From an uncultured Alphaproteobacteria bacterium (GTDB lineage: Bacteria > Pseudomonadota > Alphaproteobacteria > Caulobacterales > Hyphomonadaceae): a stretch of DNA of 64,000 nt. Under the pieces are notes generated by a model. That model was not told where the DNA came from and searched no databases. It was given only the letters and a program-made list of their open reading frames with translations. The stretch covers positions 196,110-260,109 of the forward strand of contig CAVTXH010000003.1 in NCBI GenBank assembly GCA_963738625.1, written 5' to 3'. The translations under genes were made by a program, and so were the position numbers. Below, one piece after another: positions 37,221 to 47,514 of the stretch; within the stretch, counting starts at the first letter, position 1; the number at the start of each line of letters is the position of its first letter.

Positions 37221-38492
37221 ATGCACCACTTCGCCTACCGCAATGGCGTCATGCACTGCGAGGACGTCTCGCTGGAGACGATCGCGCGCGAGGTGGGAAC
37301 GCCCGCCTATGTCTATTCCGACGCCACGCTGCGCCGGCACTACAACGTGCTGGCCGAGGCGTTTACCGGGAAGAAGTGCCTGATCGCCTATGCGGTCAAA
37401 GCCAACTCCAATCTTGGCGTCATCGCGACGCTCGCCTCGCTGGGCGCGGGCGCGGATGTGGTTTCAGGCGGCGAGCTGATGAAGGCGATGCAGGCGGGCG
37501 TGCCGGCGAACCGCATCGTGTTCTCGGGCGTGGGCAAGACCGCCGAGGAAATGCGGCTCGGCCTCGAGCGCGGCATCCACCAGTTCAACGTCGAGAGCCG
37601 GCCGGAACTGCTGCGGCTGTCCGAGGTCGCGAGCCGGATGGGCAAGAAGGCGCCGATCGCGTTTCGGGTGAACCCGCACGTCGATGCTGGCGGGCACGCG
37701 CACATCTCCACCGGATCGGCGGAGCATAAGTTCGGCATCGCCTGGCATGAGGCCGAACAGTTCTACCAGGAGGCGATCGGCCTGCCCGGCATCGAGCCGG
37801 CGGGCGTCGCAGTCCACATCGGCAGCCAGATCATGCGCGTGCCGCCGCTGCGCGAGGCGTGGGAGAAGGTCGTCGCCCTGACGCGCAAACTTCGGAGCCG
37901 GGGTTTCGCGATCAACCGCGTCGACTTCGGGGGCGGACTCGGCATCCCGTACAAGGAGGACGACGACCCGGACAGCCCGGCGATGTACGCTAAACAGGCG
38001 CGCGAGGTGCTGGGCGATCTCGATGTCGAGCTGATCTTCGAACCGGGACGGTTAATCGCCGGAAATGCCGGAGTTTTGATATCGCGTGTCGAGTACGTCA
38101 AAGAGCGGGACGGGCGCACTTTCGTGGTGCTGGATGCGGGCATGAACGACCTGCTGCGCCCCGCCCTCTACAGCGCCCATCACGAGGTGCTGCCGGTGCG
38201 CGAACCCCCGGCTGGCGCGCCCCGCGCGGCTGTCGATCTGGTGGGGCCGATCTGCGAAAGCGCCGACCGGTTCGCCAAGGAACGGGCAATGCCCCCCCTG
38301 AAAGAGGGTGATCTGGTGGCTTTCATGACTGCCGGAGCATACGGCGCCACATTGTCGTCCCAGTATAATTCAAGACCAATGGTTGCAGAGGCGCTGGTTC
38401 GAGGCGATGCTTGCGAAATCGTCCGGCGCCGGCCGACGTTCGAAGAAATGATCGCCCTGGAACGGGCCCCCGATTGGATCGCGAGTGGCTGA
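37221..38492 (+). CDS. lysA: Diaminopimelate decarboxylase
   Basis: YAVKANSNLGV (PLP lysine), GGGLGIPY, EPGRLIAGNAGVL and CESAD are typical LysA motifs. Confidence 0.95.
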   Translation: MHHFAYRNGVMHCEDVSLETIAREVGTPAYVYSDATLRRHYNVLAEAFTGKKCLIAYAVKANSNLGVIATLASLGAGADVVSGGELMKAMQAGVPANRIVFSGVGKTAEEMRLGLERGIHQFNVESRPELLRLSEVASRMGKKAPIAFRVNPHVDAGGHAHISTGSAEHKFGIAWHEAEQFYQEAIGLPGIEPAGVAVHIGSQIMRVPPLREAWEKVVALTRKLRSRGFAINRVDFGGGLGIPYKEDDDPDSPAMYAKQAREVLGDLDVELIFEPGRLIAGNAGVLISRVEYVKERDGRTFVVLDAGMNDLLRPALYSAHHEVLPVREPPAGAPRAAVDLVGPICESADRFAKERAMPPLKEGDLVAFMTAGAYGATLSSQYNSRPMVAEALVRGDACEIVRRRPTFEEMIALERAPDWIASG

Positions 38493-41262
38493 CGGATTTG
38501 GCCTCAAAGAGAAGCTAGACGCCCGCATTGCGGCCGCGCGACGCGGTCTGTTCTATCCCGCCTTCATCCGCGCCGTCGGCCCCGCCGCGATCTGGCTGGC
38601 CGCCTTCACGATCTTCTGGCTGACGGGCCTCTATGGCTGGTTGCCGCTCGAGGCTCAAGCACTGTCCGGCGTCATCTTCTGGATCGGCCTGCTGATCGGC
38701 GTTCTCATCGGCCTCAAGGTCTGGAAGGGCCCGACAGACGATGACGCGCGCGACCTGATCGATAGCCATATCGAAGGCCGCCCGCTCAGCGTGTGGACCG
38801 ACCGTCCCGCCAGGCCGGACCAGCTCACCTGGAAACTATGGCAGGAACACCGCGACCGCATGGCGGCGCTGGCGGCGAAATCCGGCAAGCTCGATCTCGC
38901 CCCGCAATGGCGCCAGGCCGATCCGGCATGGATGCGCGCTGTTGTGCCCGGCCTCGTCATCATCGCCGTAGTGGTCGCCGGAGCGAATGCGCCCGACCGG
39001 ATGTACAAGGGACTGTTCCCGGATTTCGGCGCGCTGTTCGGCGCGCACAAGCTGACGGTCGAAGCGTGGATCACGCCGCCCGCCTATACCGGATCGGCGC
39101 CCTTCATCCTCACCAACGGCGAAGTGCAGAAGGTGTCCGAGCATTCGGAGATCACGCTGCGCGTCATCGGGCCGGGACGCCCGAACATCAGGATCATGCC
39201 GGAGGGCGCGCTCGGCGCGACTCTCAATCCGCGCGCGGGCGTCGATGGCGCTTACGAGGCCAAGGTCGAGGTCGACCGGCCGATGCGCGTTGCGGTGAAT
39301 TTCTGGGGCGAGCGCGCGAGCTTCCCCTTCACCGTCGTTCCCGACGGCACGCCGACCGTATCGTTCGTCGAGCCGCCCAAGCTGGGCGAAGGCGACCACA
39401 CGACGTTCAAGTACAAGATCGCCGACGACTATGGCGTAGAGAAACTCGAGCTTGTGGTCCGCCGCATCGACACGCCCGCCGACGCCGGCGCGGTGGAGGA
39501 CGCCGAGCCGATCGAGACGGTTTCGCTGAGCCCCAAGGAAGAGGAAGGCGATTATTCGCAGGACCTCGTCCGCCATCGCTGGGCCGGCATGGACGTGATG
39601 GTGAAGCTGCGCGCAACCGATGGTTCGGGCGCATTCGGCGAGAGCCCGGAAGTGGCCTACCGCCTGCCCGAGAAGATCTTCCTGCAGCCTATCGCGCGCG
39701 CCGTGCAAGAGCAGCGGGCGACTCTCCTGAGAGAGTGGCGGCCCTACACCATGCCGGAAGGCAAGGACGATTTCACGGCCGTCAAAGGCGTCGGCTACAA
39801 CGCCTTCGCCGCAAACGCCGCCTCGCGCCTCAGCTATGCGCCGGAAGGCGTCAAACGCTCCGTGATGATGATCGACGCTATGACATGGCGCCCGGGCGAT
39901 TATTTCGAAGACCCGATCATCTTCATGGGTCTGCGCAATGCCCGCTCGGTGATCGATGCGGCGCGCGACAAGCCGGAAGCGGAAAGCGCCGAAGCGCTGC
40001 TGTGGGACATCGCGCTGCGCGCCGAATACGGCAGCCTGTCCGACGCCACCGCCGCGCTGGAAGCAGCGCGCCGCGCGCTGGAAGACGCGCTGCGCCGCGG
40101 GGCGAGCGAGGAAGAGATCAAGCGCCTGCTCGACATGTACGAACAGGCGATCGAGAATTATCTGGCCGCGCAGATGGCGGAGGCGATCCGCAATGGCCGG
40201 ATGACCCAGGGCGACGGCCAGCAGCAAATGGGCCAGGGCGGCGGCCCGCAGATGGGCGACGACGAGCTCACCCGCATGCTTCAGGCGCTGCGCGACCTGT
40301 CGGAGACCGGCGCGCGCGACCAGGCGCGGCAGCTTCTGTCGGACATGCAGAACCTGCTCGACAAGATGCAGAACATGCAGCTGCAGATGAGCCGCGGCGG
40401 CGGACAGGGCGGCCAGAACCAGGACGGGCCGATGAGCCGCGCTCTCAACCGGGCGCTGCAGGAAACCAACCGCGCGATGAACGACCAGCGCGACCTCAAC
40501 GACCAGACCGAGCAGGCCCAGCGCAACGGCCAGAACAATCCGCAGCGCGGCCAGCAGCTCGCCGACCAGCAGCGCCAATTGCGGGAGCGATTGGAACAAC
40601 AAATGCGCTCTGGGGGCGGTCAGCCGCAACAACCGGGACAGGGCCAGCAAGGCCAGCAACAAGGCCAGGGACAACAGGGTCAGGGACAAGGCCAGCAACA
40701 GGGTCAGGGACAGCAGCCCGGCCAAGGCCAGCAGCAAGGTCAGGGCGGCCAAGGCAACCAGCCGGGCCAGCAGCCTGGCCAGGGCGGACAGCAAGGCCAG
40801 GGCCAGCAGAACGCCGATCGCGGCGGCCCCGGCGGCGAGCCAGGACGGCCAGGCGTCGAGAGCGATGGCCGCTATGGCCAGGAAAACCAGCGCTCGCGGC
40901 AACTGCTTGGCAACGCGATCGAGATGCAGCGCCGCGCCGAGGAAGCTCTGCGCCGGGGCGACTTCGCCGCTGCGCGCGAGGCGCAGCAGCAGGCGATGGC
41001 CGCGCTGCAGGACCGCTCCAGCGAGCTGGCGCGCCTCAATGACGAGAACGACCCGGACGCCAAGGAAGCGCGCGACGAGCGCGACATTCTCGGCCGCCTC
41101 AACAATGGCGAGAGCGGCTATGGCGACACGGTGAAGATTCCCGACGAGATGGAGCGCCAGAAAGCGCGCGACATTCTCGACGAGATCCGCCGCCGCGCCG
41201 GCAACCGCGCACTGACCAATGAGGAGTTGCAATACCTGCAGCGCCTGCTGGACCGGTTCTAG
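38485..41262 (+). CDS. Large alphaproteobacterial membrane-anchored protein with a low-complexity Q/G region (TIGR02302 / DUF4175-like, from memory)
   Basis: The protein has N-terminal TM helices ([34 protein letters not shown]), sits in the conserved position after lysA, and has a long Gln/Gly-rich tract. The GTG start overlaps the lysA end by 8 nt. Confidence 0.8.
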   Translation: MADGFGLKEKLDARIAAARRGLFYPAFIRAVGPAAIWLAAFTIFWLTGLYGWLPLEAQALSGVIFWIGLLIGVLIGLKVWKGPTDDDARDLIDSHIEGRPLSVWTDRPARPDQLTWKLWQEHRDRMAALAAKSGKLDLAPQWRQADPAWMRAVVPGLVIIAVVVAGANAPDRMYKGLFPDFGALFGAHKLTVEAWITPPAYTGSAPFILTNGEVQKVSEHSEITLRVIGPGRPNIRIMPEGALGATLNPRAGVDGAYEAKVEVDRPMRVAVNFWGERASFPFTVVPDGTPTVSFVEPPKLGEGDHTTFKYKIADDYGVEKLELVVRRIDTPADAGAVEDAEPIETVSLSPKEEEGDYSQDLVRHRWAGMDVMVKLRATDGSGAFGESPEVAYRLPEKIFLQPIARAVQEQRATLLREWRPYTMPEGKDDFTAVKGVGYNAFAANAASRLSYAPEGVKRSVMMIDAMTWRPGDYFEDPIIFMGLRNARSVIDAARDKPEAESAEALLWDIALRAEYGSLSDATAALEAARRALEDALRRGASEEEIKRLLDMYEQAIENYLAAQMAEAIRNGRMTQGDGQQQMGQGGGPQMGDDELTRMLQALRDLSETGARDQARQLLSDMQNLLDKMQNMQLQMSRGGGQGGQNQDGPMSRALNRALQETNRAMNDQRDLNDQTEQAQRNGQNNPQRGQQLADQQRQLRERLEQQMRSGGGQPQQPGQGQQGQQQGQGQQGQGQGQQQGQGQQPGQGQQQGQGGQGNQPGQQPGQGGQQGQGQQNADRGGPGGEPGRPGVESDGRYGQENQRSRQLLGNAIEMQRRAEEALRRGDFAAAREAQQQAMAALQDRSSELARLNDENDPDAKEARDERDILGRLNNGESGYGDTVKIPDEMERQKARDILDEIRRRAGNRALTNEELQYLQRLLDRF
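40621..40812 (+). repeat. In-frame low-complexity (Q/G/P)n coding tract
   Basis: It encodes [63 protein letters not shown] from degenerate ggccag/cagcaa repeats. Confidence 0.9.
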
Positions 41263-41272
41263 GACAGCGCCG

Positions 41273-41899
41273 ATGGCGCACGACCATCACCACGATGATG
41301 ACCATGAGCACGACAACGAGCTCGATCCCATGGACGCGCGCGTGCGTGCGCTGGAGACGATCCTTGTCGGCAAGGGGCTGATCGATCCCAAAGCGATCGA
41401 CGCCATCGTCGAGACCTATGAAACCAAGGTCGGCCCGCGCAATGGCGCGAAGGTTGTGGCGGAGGCCTGGAGCAATCCCGAGTTCGCGGACTGGCTGAAG
41501 CGCGACGCCACGGCGGCGATCGCCTCGCTGGGCTTTGCCGGCCGCCAAGGCGAACACATGCAGGCCGTGTTCAACACCAGCGAGACGCACAACCTCGTCG
41601 TATGCACGCTATGCTCCTGCTATCCATGGTCGGTGCTGGGGCTGCCGCCGGTCTGGTACAAATCCCCGCCCTATCGTTCGCGGGCCGTCATCGATCCGCG
41701 CGGCGTGCTGGCGGAGTTCGGGCTGGCGCTGCCTGTGGACAGGAAGATCCGCGTCTGGGATTCGACGGCGGAGCTTCGCTATCTCGTCGTGCCGGAACGG
41801 CCAGCGGGAACGGATGGTTTTACGAAGGAACAACTCGCCGATCTTGTGACGCGCGATTCCATGATCGGCACGGGCGTTGCGCGGGAGCCAGCGCAATGA
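41273..41899 (+). CDS. nthA: Nitrile hydratase alpha subunit, cobalt type
   Basis: The metal-binding motif is [11 protein letters not shown] (Thr at the position that is Ser in Fe-type enzymes). The N-terminus [16 protein letters not shown] is unusual. Confidence 0.9.
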   Translation: MAHDHHHDDDHEHDNELDPMDARVRALETILVGKGLIDPKAIDAIVETYETKVGPRNGAKVVAEAWSNPEFADWLKRDATAAIASLGFAGRQGEHMQAVFNTSETHNLVVCTLCSCYPWSVLGLPPVWYKSPPYRSRAVIDPRGVLAEFGLALPVDRKIRVWDSTAELRYLVVPERPAGTDGFTKEQLADLVTRDSMIGTGVAREPAQ

Positions 41900-42555
41900 A
41901 CGGCCCTCACGATGTTGGCGGACAGCACGGCTTCGGGCCGGCGGCGCCGGAGAAGGACGAGCCGGTTTTCCATGCGGACTGGGAGAAACGCGCGCTCGGC
42001 TTGGTGATCTGCGGGGGCGCGGCGGGCCGATGGACGCTGGATGAAAGCCGGCATGCGCGGGAGTCGCTGCCGCCGGCGACGTACTATTCATCAAGCTATT
42101 ATGAGATCTGGATCCGTGGGCTTGAGACGTTGCTGCAACGGCACGGTTTTGTGACGGCGGCGGACCTTGCAGCGCAGCGCGCCGTCGATCCGAGTGTCCC
42201 GCCCAAGCGTGTACTCGTCGCGGCGGACGTGCCGGCGGCGCTGGCGCGCGGCGGTCCATATGATCGTCCGGTTTCGACGGCGCAGACGTTTTCCGCTGGT
42301 CAGCGCGTGCGGACTCGCAACATGCATCCCGCGCATCACACGCGCCTGCCCCGCTATGCCCGCGGGAAGGTTGGCGTGATCGACGCGGTGCGCGAGGGCT
42401 ATGTCCTGCCGGACAGCAATGCGCACGGCAAGGGCGAGAATCCGGAATGGGTCTATACGGTCGCGTTCGATGCGCGCGAGCTGTGGGGCGAGGACGCCGA
42501 TCCAGCGCTGACCGTCAGCATCGACGCTTGGGAGAGCTATCTTGAGCCGGCATGA
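41896..42555 (+). CDS. nthB: Nitrile hydratase beta subunit
   Basis: [15 protein letters not shown]... is the typical beta-subunit start. An ATGA overlap links it to the alpha stop. Confidence 0.9.
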   Translation: MNGPHDVGGQHGFGPAAPEKDEPVFHADWEKRALGLVICGGAAGRWTLDESRHARESLPPATYYSSSYYEIWIRGLETLLQRHGFVTAADLAAQRAVDPSVPPKRVLVAADVPAALARGGPYDRPVSTAQTFSAGQRVRTRNMHPAHHTRLPRYARGKVGVIDAVREGYVLPDSNAHGKGENPEWVYTVAFDARELWGEDADPALTVSIDAWESYLEPA

Positions 42556-42907
42556 CGCAGCGCGCCTTCCACCCGGCGTCGACGAGTCTGTGTTCGCCGA
42601 GCCGTGGCAGGCGAATGCGTTCGCGCTGACCGTGGCGCTGCACGAGCGCGGCCTGTTCTCGTGGAGCGAATGGGCGGGGGCCTTGTCGGGCGAGGTGAAG
42701 ACGACGTCGGGCAAGGACTACTATTCGGCCTGGCTGCGTGCGCTGGAGAAGCTGCTGGCCGAGAAAGGCGCGGCCACGCGACAGGACGTTGATCGCCTGG
42801 CCGCGGCGTGGGAGCGCGCGGCGCACGCGACGCCGCATGGCCAGTCGATCCGGCTGGAGAACGATCCCGAATTGGGGAACGCCGGGCGCCTGCCCGGCCA
42901 GACCTGA
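42542..42907 (+). CDS. Nitrile hydratase accessory (activator) protein
   Basis: FAEPWQANAFALTVALHERGLFSWSEWAGAL...YYSAWLRALEKLL is the typical beta-homologue-type NHase accessory pattern. It overlaps the beta-subunit 3' end. The start is TTG. Confidence 0.8.
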   Translation: MSRHDAARLPPGVDESVFAEPWQANAFALTVALHERGLFSWSEWAGALSGEVKTTSGKDYYSAWLRALEKLLAEKGAATRQDVDRLAAAWERAAHATPHGQSIRLENDPELGNAGRLPGQT

Positions 42908-42964
42908 CAACAAACACGACGCTTGCTTACGGGCTTGCCGGGGAGGCGCCCGGCGCTCCCCTGT

Positions 42965-43576
42965 TCAAGCGCCCTTGATCGCGCCCACGAAAGGCAGGCC
43001 GCGCATCTTGCCGGCGTCATCCATGCCGTAGCCGACCAGATAGCGGCTTGGAGCATCCCACGCCCAGGCGTCGAGGCCTTCAATGGCGGCTTCGGGCTTG
43101 CGAGCGAAGACGCAGGTCAGCACCTCGCGCGCGCCCTTGTGCATCATGTGATCGCGCGCGAACGCAATGGTGCGGCCGCTATCGAAAACGTCGTCGATGA
43201 GCAGTATTCCACGGCCTTCCACGGGCCGCATCACATCAGCGTGGATCAGCATGCGGCCGGAACTTTCACGCGCATCCGCATAGCTCTGCAGCCACAACGC
43301 ATCGAAGCCGACGTCGATCTTGTGACGCGCCAGTGCGCGCATCAGGTCGGCTGCGAAAGGCGTTGCGCCGAGCAGGATAACGACAGCGGTCCATGATCCT
43401 TCCGAGAGGCGCGGCGCGAGCCTGGCGGCGAGAGCATCCACCTTCGCCTGCACCTCGCCCGCAGTCAGCAGAGTGTCGACCTGATCAGTTATGACCCGCC
43501 TCCCCGCCGGCGGGTTGAGGCTTGGGCGCAGCAGCGGCGGGTGCGGGCGCTGGCGCCGCGCCGCCGTCGCCGCCAT
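42965..43576 (-). CDS. hpt: Hypoxanthine/guanine phosphoribosyltransferase
   Basis: The PRPP-binding motif is GILLIDDVFDSGRT. The start is uncertain because the listed Met1 overlaps the upstream gene by 92 nt. Confidence 0.8.
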   Translation of the reverse strand: MAATAARRQRPHPPLLRPSLNPPAGRRVITDQVDTLLTAGEVQAKVDALAARLAPRLSEGSWTAVVILLGATPFAADLMRALARHKIDVGFDALWLQSYADARESSGRMLIHADVMRPVEGRGILLIDDVFDSGRTIAFARDHMMHKGAREVLTCVFARKPEAAIEGLDAWAWDAPSRYLVGYGMDDAGKMRGLPFVGAIKGA

Positions 43577-44423
43577 TCCAGCCGGGCTCCTGATACGAGC
43601 TGCCTTCTGGCTTGGGCGTTAGGGGCGCAGCGGGTCCTGCAGGCGGCGCGCCTTCCGGCGCGGATGCGACGGTCGCGGCTTCGAGCAGCGTCTCGCCGCC
43701 CTGCGAGGCTTCTCCTGGCAGCGGCGCGAAGGTGACGGAGAGGCGGTAGGTCTCGACCGGCGGCGCGATGAAACGTGAGGAGAACTCCACGCGTTCGCCC
43801 GGTCCGAGCGAGGCGACTTTGAGGGAGTCGGTCCACGACTGGACTTCCTTGCCGGTCTCATCCCGCAGCACGACGCGCAGCTCCGGAGCTATGCGGCGCT
43901 CCTCGCCCTGGTTGACGGCGGAGCCGGTGACGGTGAGCACGGGCGTCGTTCCATCAAACGAACGTTTGGCGCCGACATTCTCGAGCACCAGGCCGAAGCG
44001 GTTCACGTCGAGCCCGACCATGCGATAGAGCACGGCCGTGCGCGGCCAGAGATTGGCGACCTCGTTGCGGAACAGGATCGACGAGCCAAGAGCGACGGCG
44101 AACACGATGAAGCCTGCGGACCACGCGATGGTGGCGGCGCGCGAACGCTCGCGCTTGCGGCGGGCGTGTTCCCGGGCGCGGAATTCGGCGTGCGGTCCGG
44201 CGCGGGCCGCAGAGTTGGCGGCGGCGGTCTGGCGCAGACGCTCGACCTGTTCGCGGGTAAGGCCTGTATCCTCGACCGGAGCGGCGGCCGGAATGCCTTC
44301 TTCCTGCACTTTGGCGAACCAGGAATGGCCGCAGGACACGCAGCGCACACGTCTGCCGTCTTTGCCGATTGCAGAATCGTCGGCGAAGTAGCGTGTATCG
44401 CAAGACGGGCAGACGAGGATCAT
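43485..44423 (-). CDS. MJ0042-type zinc-ribbon protein with one TM segment and a Pro/Ala-rich tail
   Basis: MILVCPSCDTRYFADDSAIGKDGRRVRCVSCGHSWF carries two CxxC pairs. The TM segment is AATIAWSAGFIVFAVALGSSILF. The gene is divergent from ftsE. Confidence 0.8.
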   Translation of the reverse strand: MILVCPSCDTRYFADDSAIGKDGRRVRCVSCGHSWFAKVQEEGIPAAAPVEDTGLTREQVERLRQTAAANSAARAGPHAEFRAREHARRKRERSRAATIAWSAGFIVFAVALGSSILFRNEVANLWPRTAVLYRMVGLDVNRFGLVLENVGAKRSFDGTTPVLTVTGSAVNQGEERRIAPELRVVLRDETGKEVQSWTDSLKVASLGPGERVEFSSRFIAPPVETYRLSVTFAPLPGEASQGGETLLEAATVASAPEGAPPAGPAAPLTPKPEGSSYQEPGWNGGDGGAAPAPAPAAAAPKPQPAGGEAGHN

Positions 44424-44503
44424 CGCTCTAACGAATGCATAATAGTGGTTAATATAATCCAATTCGGGCCAGATTCTGAACCAACAATGGCGCCTCGGGA
44501 AGC

Positions 44504-45232
44504 ATGCGGGAACGCGACGACATAAGGGACGAGCCGGCGGTCCGTTTTGACCGCGTAAGCCTGTCATATGGGCCGGAAGCCGATGTTCTGGCCGATGTTA
44601 CGCTGCAATTGAAGCCCGGCTCGATGACTTTCCTCACAGGTCCTTCGGGGGCCGGCAAGTCGACTTTGCTCAGACTGGCGTATCTGGCGTTAAGACCTTC
44701 GGCAGGCCGCATCTCCCTGTTCGGGATCGACACCGGCAAGCTGAACCGTCCGACCATGGCCCGACTCAGGGGGCGTATCGGGGTCGTGTTTCAGGAGTTC
44801 AGGCTGCTCGAACACCTCACCGCCTATGAAAACGTCGCCCTGCCCCTGCGGGTGCATGGCGACAACGAGAAGCGCTATCGCGGCGATGTCATTGAACTGT
44901 TGAACTGGGTCGGACTCGGCGATCGGCTGGATGCGCGGCCTGCCACGCTATCGGGCGGGGAGAAGCAGCGGGTAGCCATCGCGCGCGCAGTTATCGTAAA
45001 GCCGGACCTGATCATCGCCGACGAGCCGACAGGAAATGTCGACGAGGAGATGGGCGATCGGCTGCTGCACCTGTTCCGCGAACTGAACCGCAGCCTCAAC
45101 ACCACGTTGCTGATCGCGACGCACGATCTCGCCATGGTGCGCAAATCGAAGGCGGATGTGCTGCGCCTCGCCGACGGCATGGTGGTGCGCACATCGGCGT
45201 CTCGGGTCGAGCCTGAAGAGGCGCAGGCATGA
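44504..45232 (+). CDS. ftsE: Cell division ATP-binding protein FtsE
   Basis: Walker A is GPSGAGKST, the ABC signature is LSGGEKQR, and Walker B is LIIADEPT. An ftsX-like gene follows. Confidence 0.9.
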   Translation: MRERDDIRDEPAVRFDRVSLSYGPEADVLADVTLQLKPGSMTFLTGPSGAGKSTLLRLAYLALRPSAGRISLFGIDTGKLNRPTMARLRGRIGVVFQEFRLLEHLTAYENVALPLRVHGDNEKRYRGDVIELLNWVGLGDRLDARPATLSGGEKQRVAIARAVIVKPDLIIADEPTGNVDEEMGDRLLHLFRELNRSLNTTLLIATHDLAMVRKSKADVLRLADGMVVRTSASRVEPEEAQA

Positions 45233-46098
45233 AGGCAGCGTCCGCGCCCCTTCTTCCACGCGAGGACGCGCGCGAGGCGGCGCTGTTCTTCGTCGTGTGC
45301 GCGCTGTGCTTCCTTGCGGCGCTGTCGGGACTCGTCGCACGGTCGGCCTACGCCGCCGCCGATTCCTGGACGGCGCGCGTCACCGGGCAGATCACCGTGC
45401 GCGTTCGCGGGACCGAGGCTGAGACCCGGAGCGCTGTCGAAATCGCGAAGGCGACGGCGGGCATTATCTCCGCTCGCGCGCTGACGCGGGCTGAGTCCGA
45501 GGACCTGCTGAAGCCCTGGCTCGGCGCGGCCGGCGTGCCTGCGGACCTGCCGCTGCCGCATCTGATCGCTGCGGAAGCGGCCCCTGGCGCGCGCGGCGCG
45601 GGCGATGCGCTGACGCAAAAATTCGAAGCGGCGGGGCTGGACGCGACCGTGGATGACCACATCGTCTGGTCGGAGGATGTGAAGCGCGCGACGGATTCGG
45701 CGGGGCTTGTCGCCCTGATCGCCGTGGCGCTGCTGGGCGCTACAGGCATAGCCGTGATCGCATTCGCCACCCATGCGACCCTGCTGGCGCGGCGCGACAT
45801 TGTGGAGCTGCTGCACCTCAGCGGGGCCAAGGACGGCTTTATTTCAGGGCTTTTCGAGCAGCGTTTTCTCATGTTGGGCGTGCAGGCGGGCGCGGTAGGC
45901 GCCCTATTGGCTCTGGGCGCTGCAGCGTTCATCCTGTTCGTGGTCAAGCAATCGGACCAGCGCGTCTGGCTTTTGCCGCAGCTTTCGCTGTCACTCGCGG
46001 ATGGGTTGATTCTCGGCTTGGCGCCCCTCGTAGCGGGCGTCGCCGCGATGCTGGCCGCGAAGGTGACCGTCATGCGGTCGCTGTCTGAAATGGTATGA
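45229..46098 (+). CDS. ftsX: FtsX-like cell division permease
   Basis: A 4-nt overlap links it to ftsE. The layout is TM - periplasmic domain - 3 TM (LVALIAVALLGATGIAVIAFA...). Confidence 0.85.
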   Translation: MKAASAPLLPREDAREAALFFVVCALCFLAALSGLVARSAYAAADSWTARVTGQITVRVRGTEAETRSAVEIAKATAGIISARALTRAESEDLLKPWLGAAGVPADLPLPHLIAAEAAPGARGAGDALTQKFEAAGLDATVDDHIVWSEDVKRATDSAGLVALIAVALLGATGIAVIAFATHATLLARRDIVELLHLSGAKDGFISGLFEQRFLMLGVQAGAVGALLALGAAAFILFVVKQSDQRVWLLPQLSLSLADGLILGLAPLVAGVAAMLAAKVTVMRSLSEMV

Positions 46099-46135
46099 GA
46101 CCTGAATATGTTCGTCGGGGAATTGGTTTGATGTC

Positions 46136-46753
46136 TTGCGCCTGATCGCCCGTGTTCTTGTTGTCCTTCTCGCCATCGGTCTTCTTGCCGCTGGATATGA
46201 CTTTTCGCGTTTTGTCGCGCGCGCGGATCGCGCCGTGACGCCGGACCCGCCGATCAACGCACAGGCGATCACAGCTCTTACCGGCGCTTCGAACGCGCGG
46301 ATCGTCGCGGCCGTGCAGCTCGCCGACTCGCTGCAACTGCCTCTGTTGATCTCGGGCGTCCATGTCGACACGCGCCCCGAAGACATCGCCGAGATCGCCG
46401 GCGTGGACGTGAAGGAGATCGAGTGCTGTGTGACGCTGGGCAAGGCGGCGGCCAGTACGGAGGGCAATGGCTCCGAGGTCGCCGAGTGGGCGCGCCGCCG
46501 GAACGTTTCGCGCGTCATCGTGGTGACGTCGGAATACCACATGGACCGCGCGATGCTTGAGCTGCGCCGCTTCATGCCGGAAGGTCATTTCATTCCGCAC
46601 GCGGTGACCACGACCAAGGTGCGCCCGCGCGACTGGTTCCGCGATCCAGCGACCGCTCATCGCCTGATCGAGGAATGGGCCAAGTATCGCATCGCCAGCC
46701 TGCGCGCGAAGCAGACGATCGCTGCGACGCCGCCGAAGGACCACGCAGGATGA
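46136..46753 (+). CDS. YdcF/DUF218 family protein
   Basis: The protein has an N-terminal TM segment. ITALTGASNARI...PLLISGV...STEGNGSEVAEWARRRNVSRVIVVTSEYHMDRAMLE fits the DUF218 pattern. The start is TTG. Confidence 0.8.
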   Translation: MRLIARVLVVLLAIGLLAAGYDFSRFVARADRAVTPDPPINAQAITALTGASNARIVAAVQLADSLQLPLLISGVHVDTRPEDIAEIAGVDVKEIECCVTLGKAAASTEGNGSEVAEWARRRNVSRVIVVTSEYHMDRAMLELRRFMPEGHFIPHAVTTTKVRPRDWFRDPATAHRLIEEWAKYRIASLRAKQTIAATPPKDHAG

Positions 46754-47514
46754 TCCTCCTGAGATCCCTCGCCTACGCGATCTTCTTCTACGTTACGCTG
46801 GTGGCGATCGGCCTCGTCTGCATGCCGTTTTCGGTCTTCTCGCGGGACGCGGCAATGAGCGCGATCCGGTTCTGGTGTCGGGCGCAAAGGCTGGCGCTGC
46901 ATGTCATCTGCGGCATCAAGACGGAATTTCGCGGGCTGGAGCACCTGCCGCACGATGCATGCATCATCGCGATGAAGCACCAGTCTGCCTACGATACGCT
47001 GGCGCCGTTCCTGTTCATCCGCGATCCGGTCTACATCCTGAAGAGAGAGTTGCTGCGCGCGCCCGTGTTCGGCGTCTACGCCTCGCGCGTAGGCATCGCG
47101 ATCGATCGCACCGGCCATGCCCGCGCCCTCAAGGCCATGCTGGCCGAGGCGAAGAAGGCGATAGAGCAGGACCGCCAGGTGGTGATCTTTCCCGAAGGCA
47201 CGCGCCAGCATGTCGATACGCCCATGGCGGCCAAGTCGGGCGCTTTCGCGATGTATCGCGACATGGGGGTGAAGTGCGTTCCGGTCGCGCTGAACACCGG
47301 GTTGTGTTGGAAAAGCTTCTGGCGCCGGCCGGGCCACATCATTTTCGAGGTGCTGGAGCCGATCAAGCCGGGGCTGGAGCGCGATGCGTTCACACAGCGC
47401 CTGAAGGATGTGCTCGACCCGGCAACAAGGCGGCTGGTGGCTGAGGGGCGCGCGGCGCAGGGCAGGCATGCCGAGCCGGTCGTCGCTAGCCCCAAAATCG
47501 AGCCCGGCGCGTAG
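46750..47514 (+). CDS. plsC: 1-acyl-sn-glycerol-3-phosphate acyltransferase
   Basis: The HX4D motif is KHQSAYD and the second motif is FPEGTR. An ATGA overlap links it to the upstream gene. Confidence 0.85.
   Translation: MILLRSLAYAIFFYVTLVAIGLVCMPFSVFSRDAAMSAIRFWCRAQRLALHVICGIKTEFRGLEHLPHDACIIAMKHQSAYDTLAPFLFIRDPVYILKRELLRAPVFGVYASRVGIAIDRTGHARALKAMLAEAKKAIEQDRQVVIFPEGTRQHVDTPMAAKSGAFAMYRDMGVKCVPVALNTGLCWKSFWRRPGHIIFEVLEPIKPGLERDAFTQRLKDVLDPATRRLVAEGRAAQGRHAEPVVASPKIEPGA

Noticed and set aside
38793-41232. 749-aa (+, alternative frame) and 798-aa (-) ORFs overlapping the TIGR02302-like gene
   Set aside because: Both are Arg/Pro/Ala/Gly-rich low-information translations. The 38485..41262 frame has TM helices, sensible composition and the conserved position after lysA.
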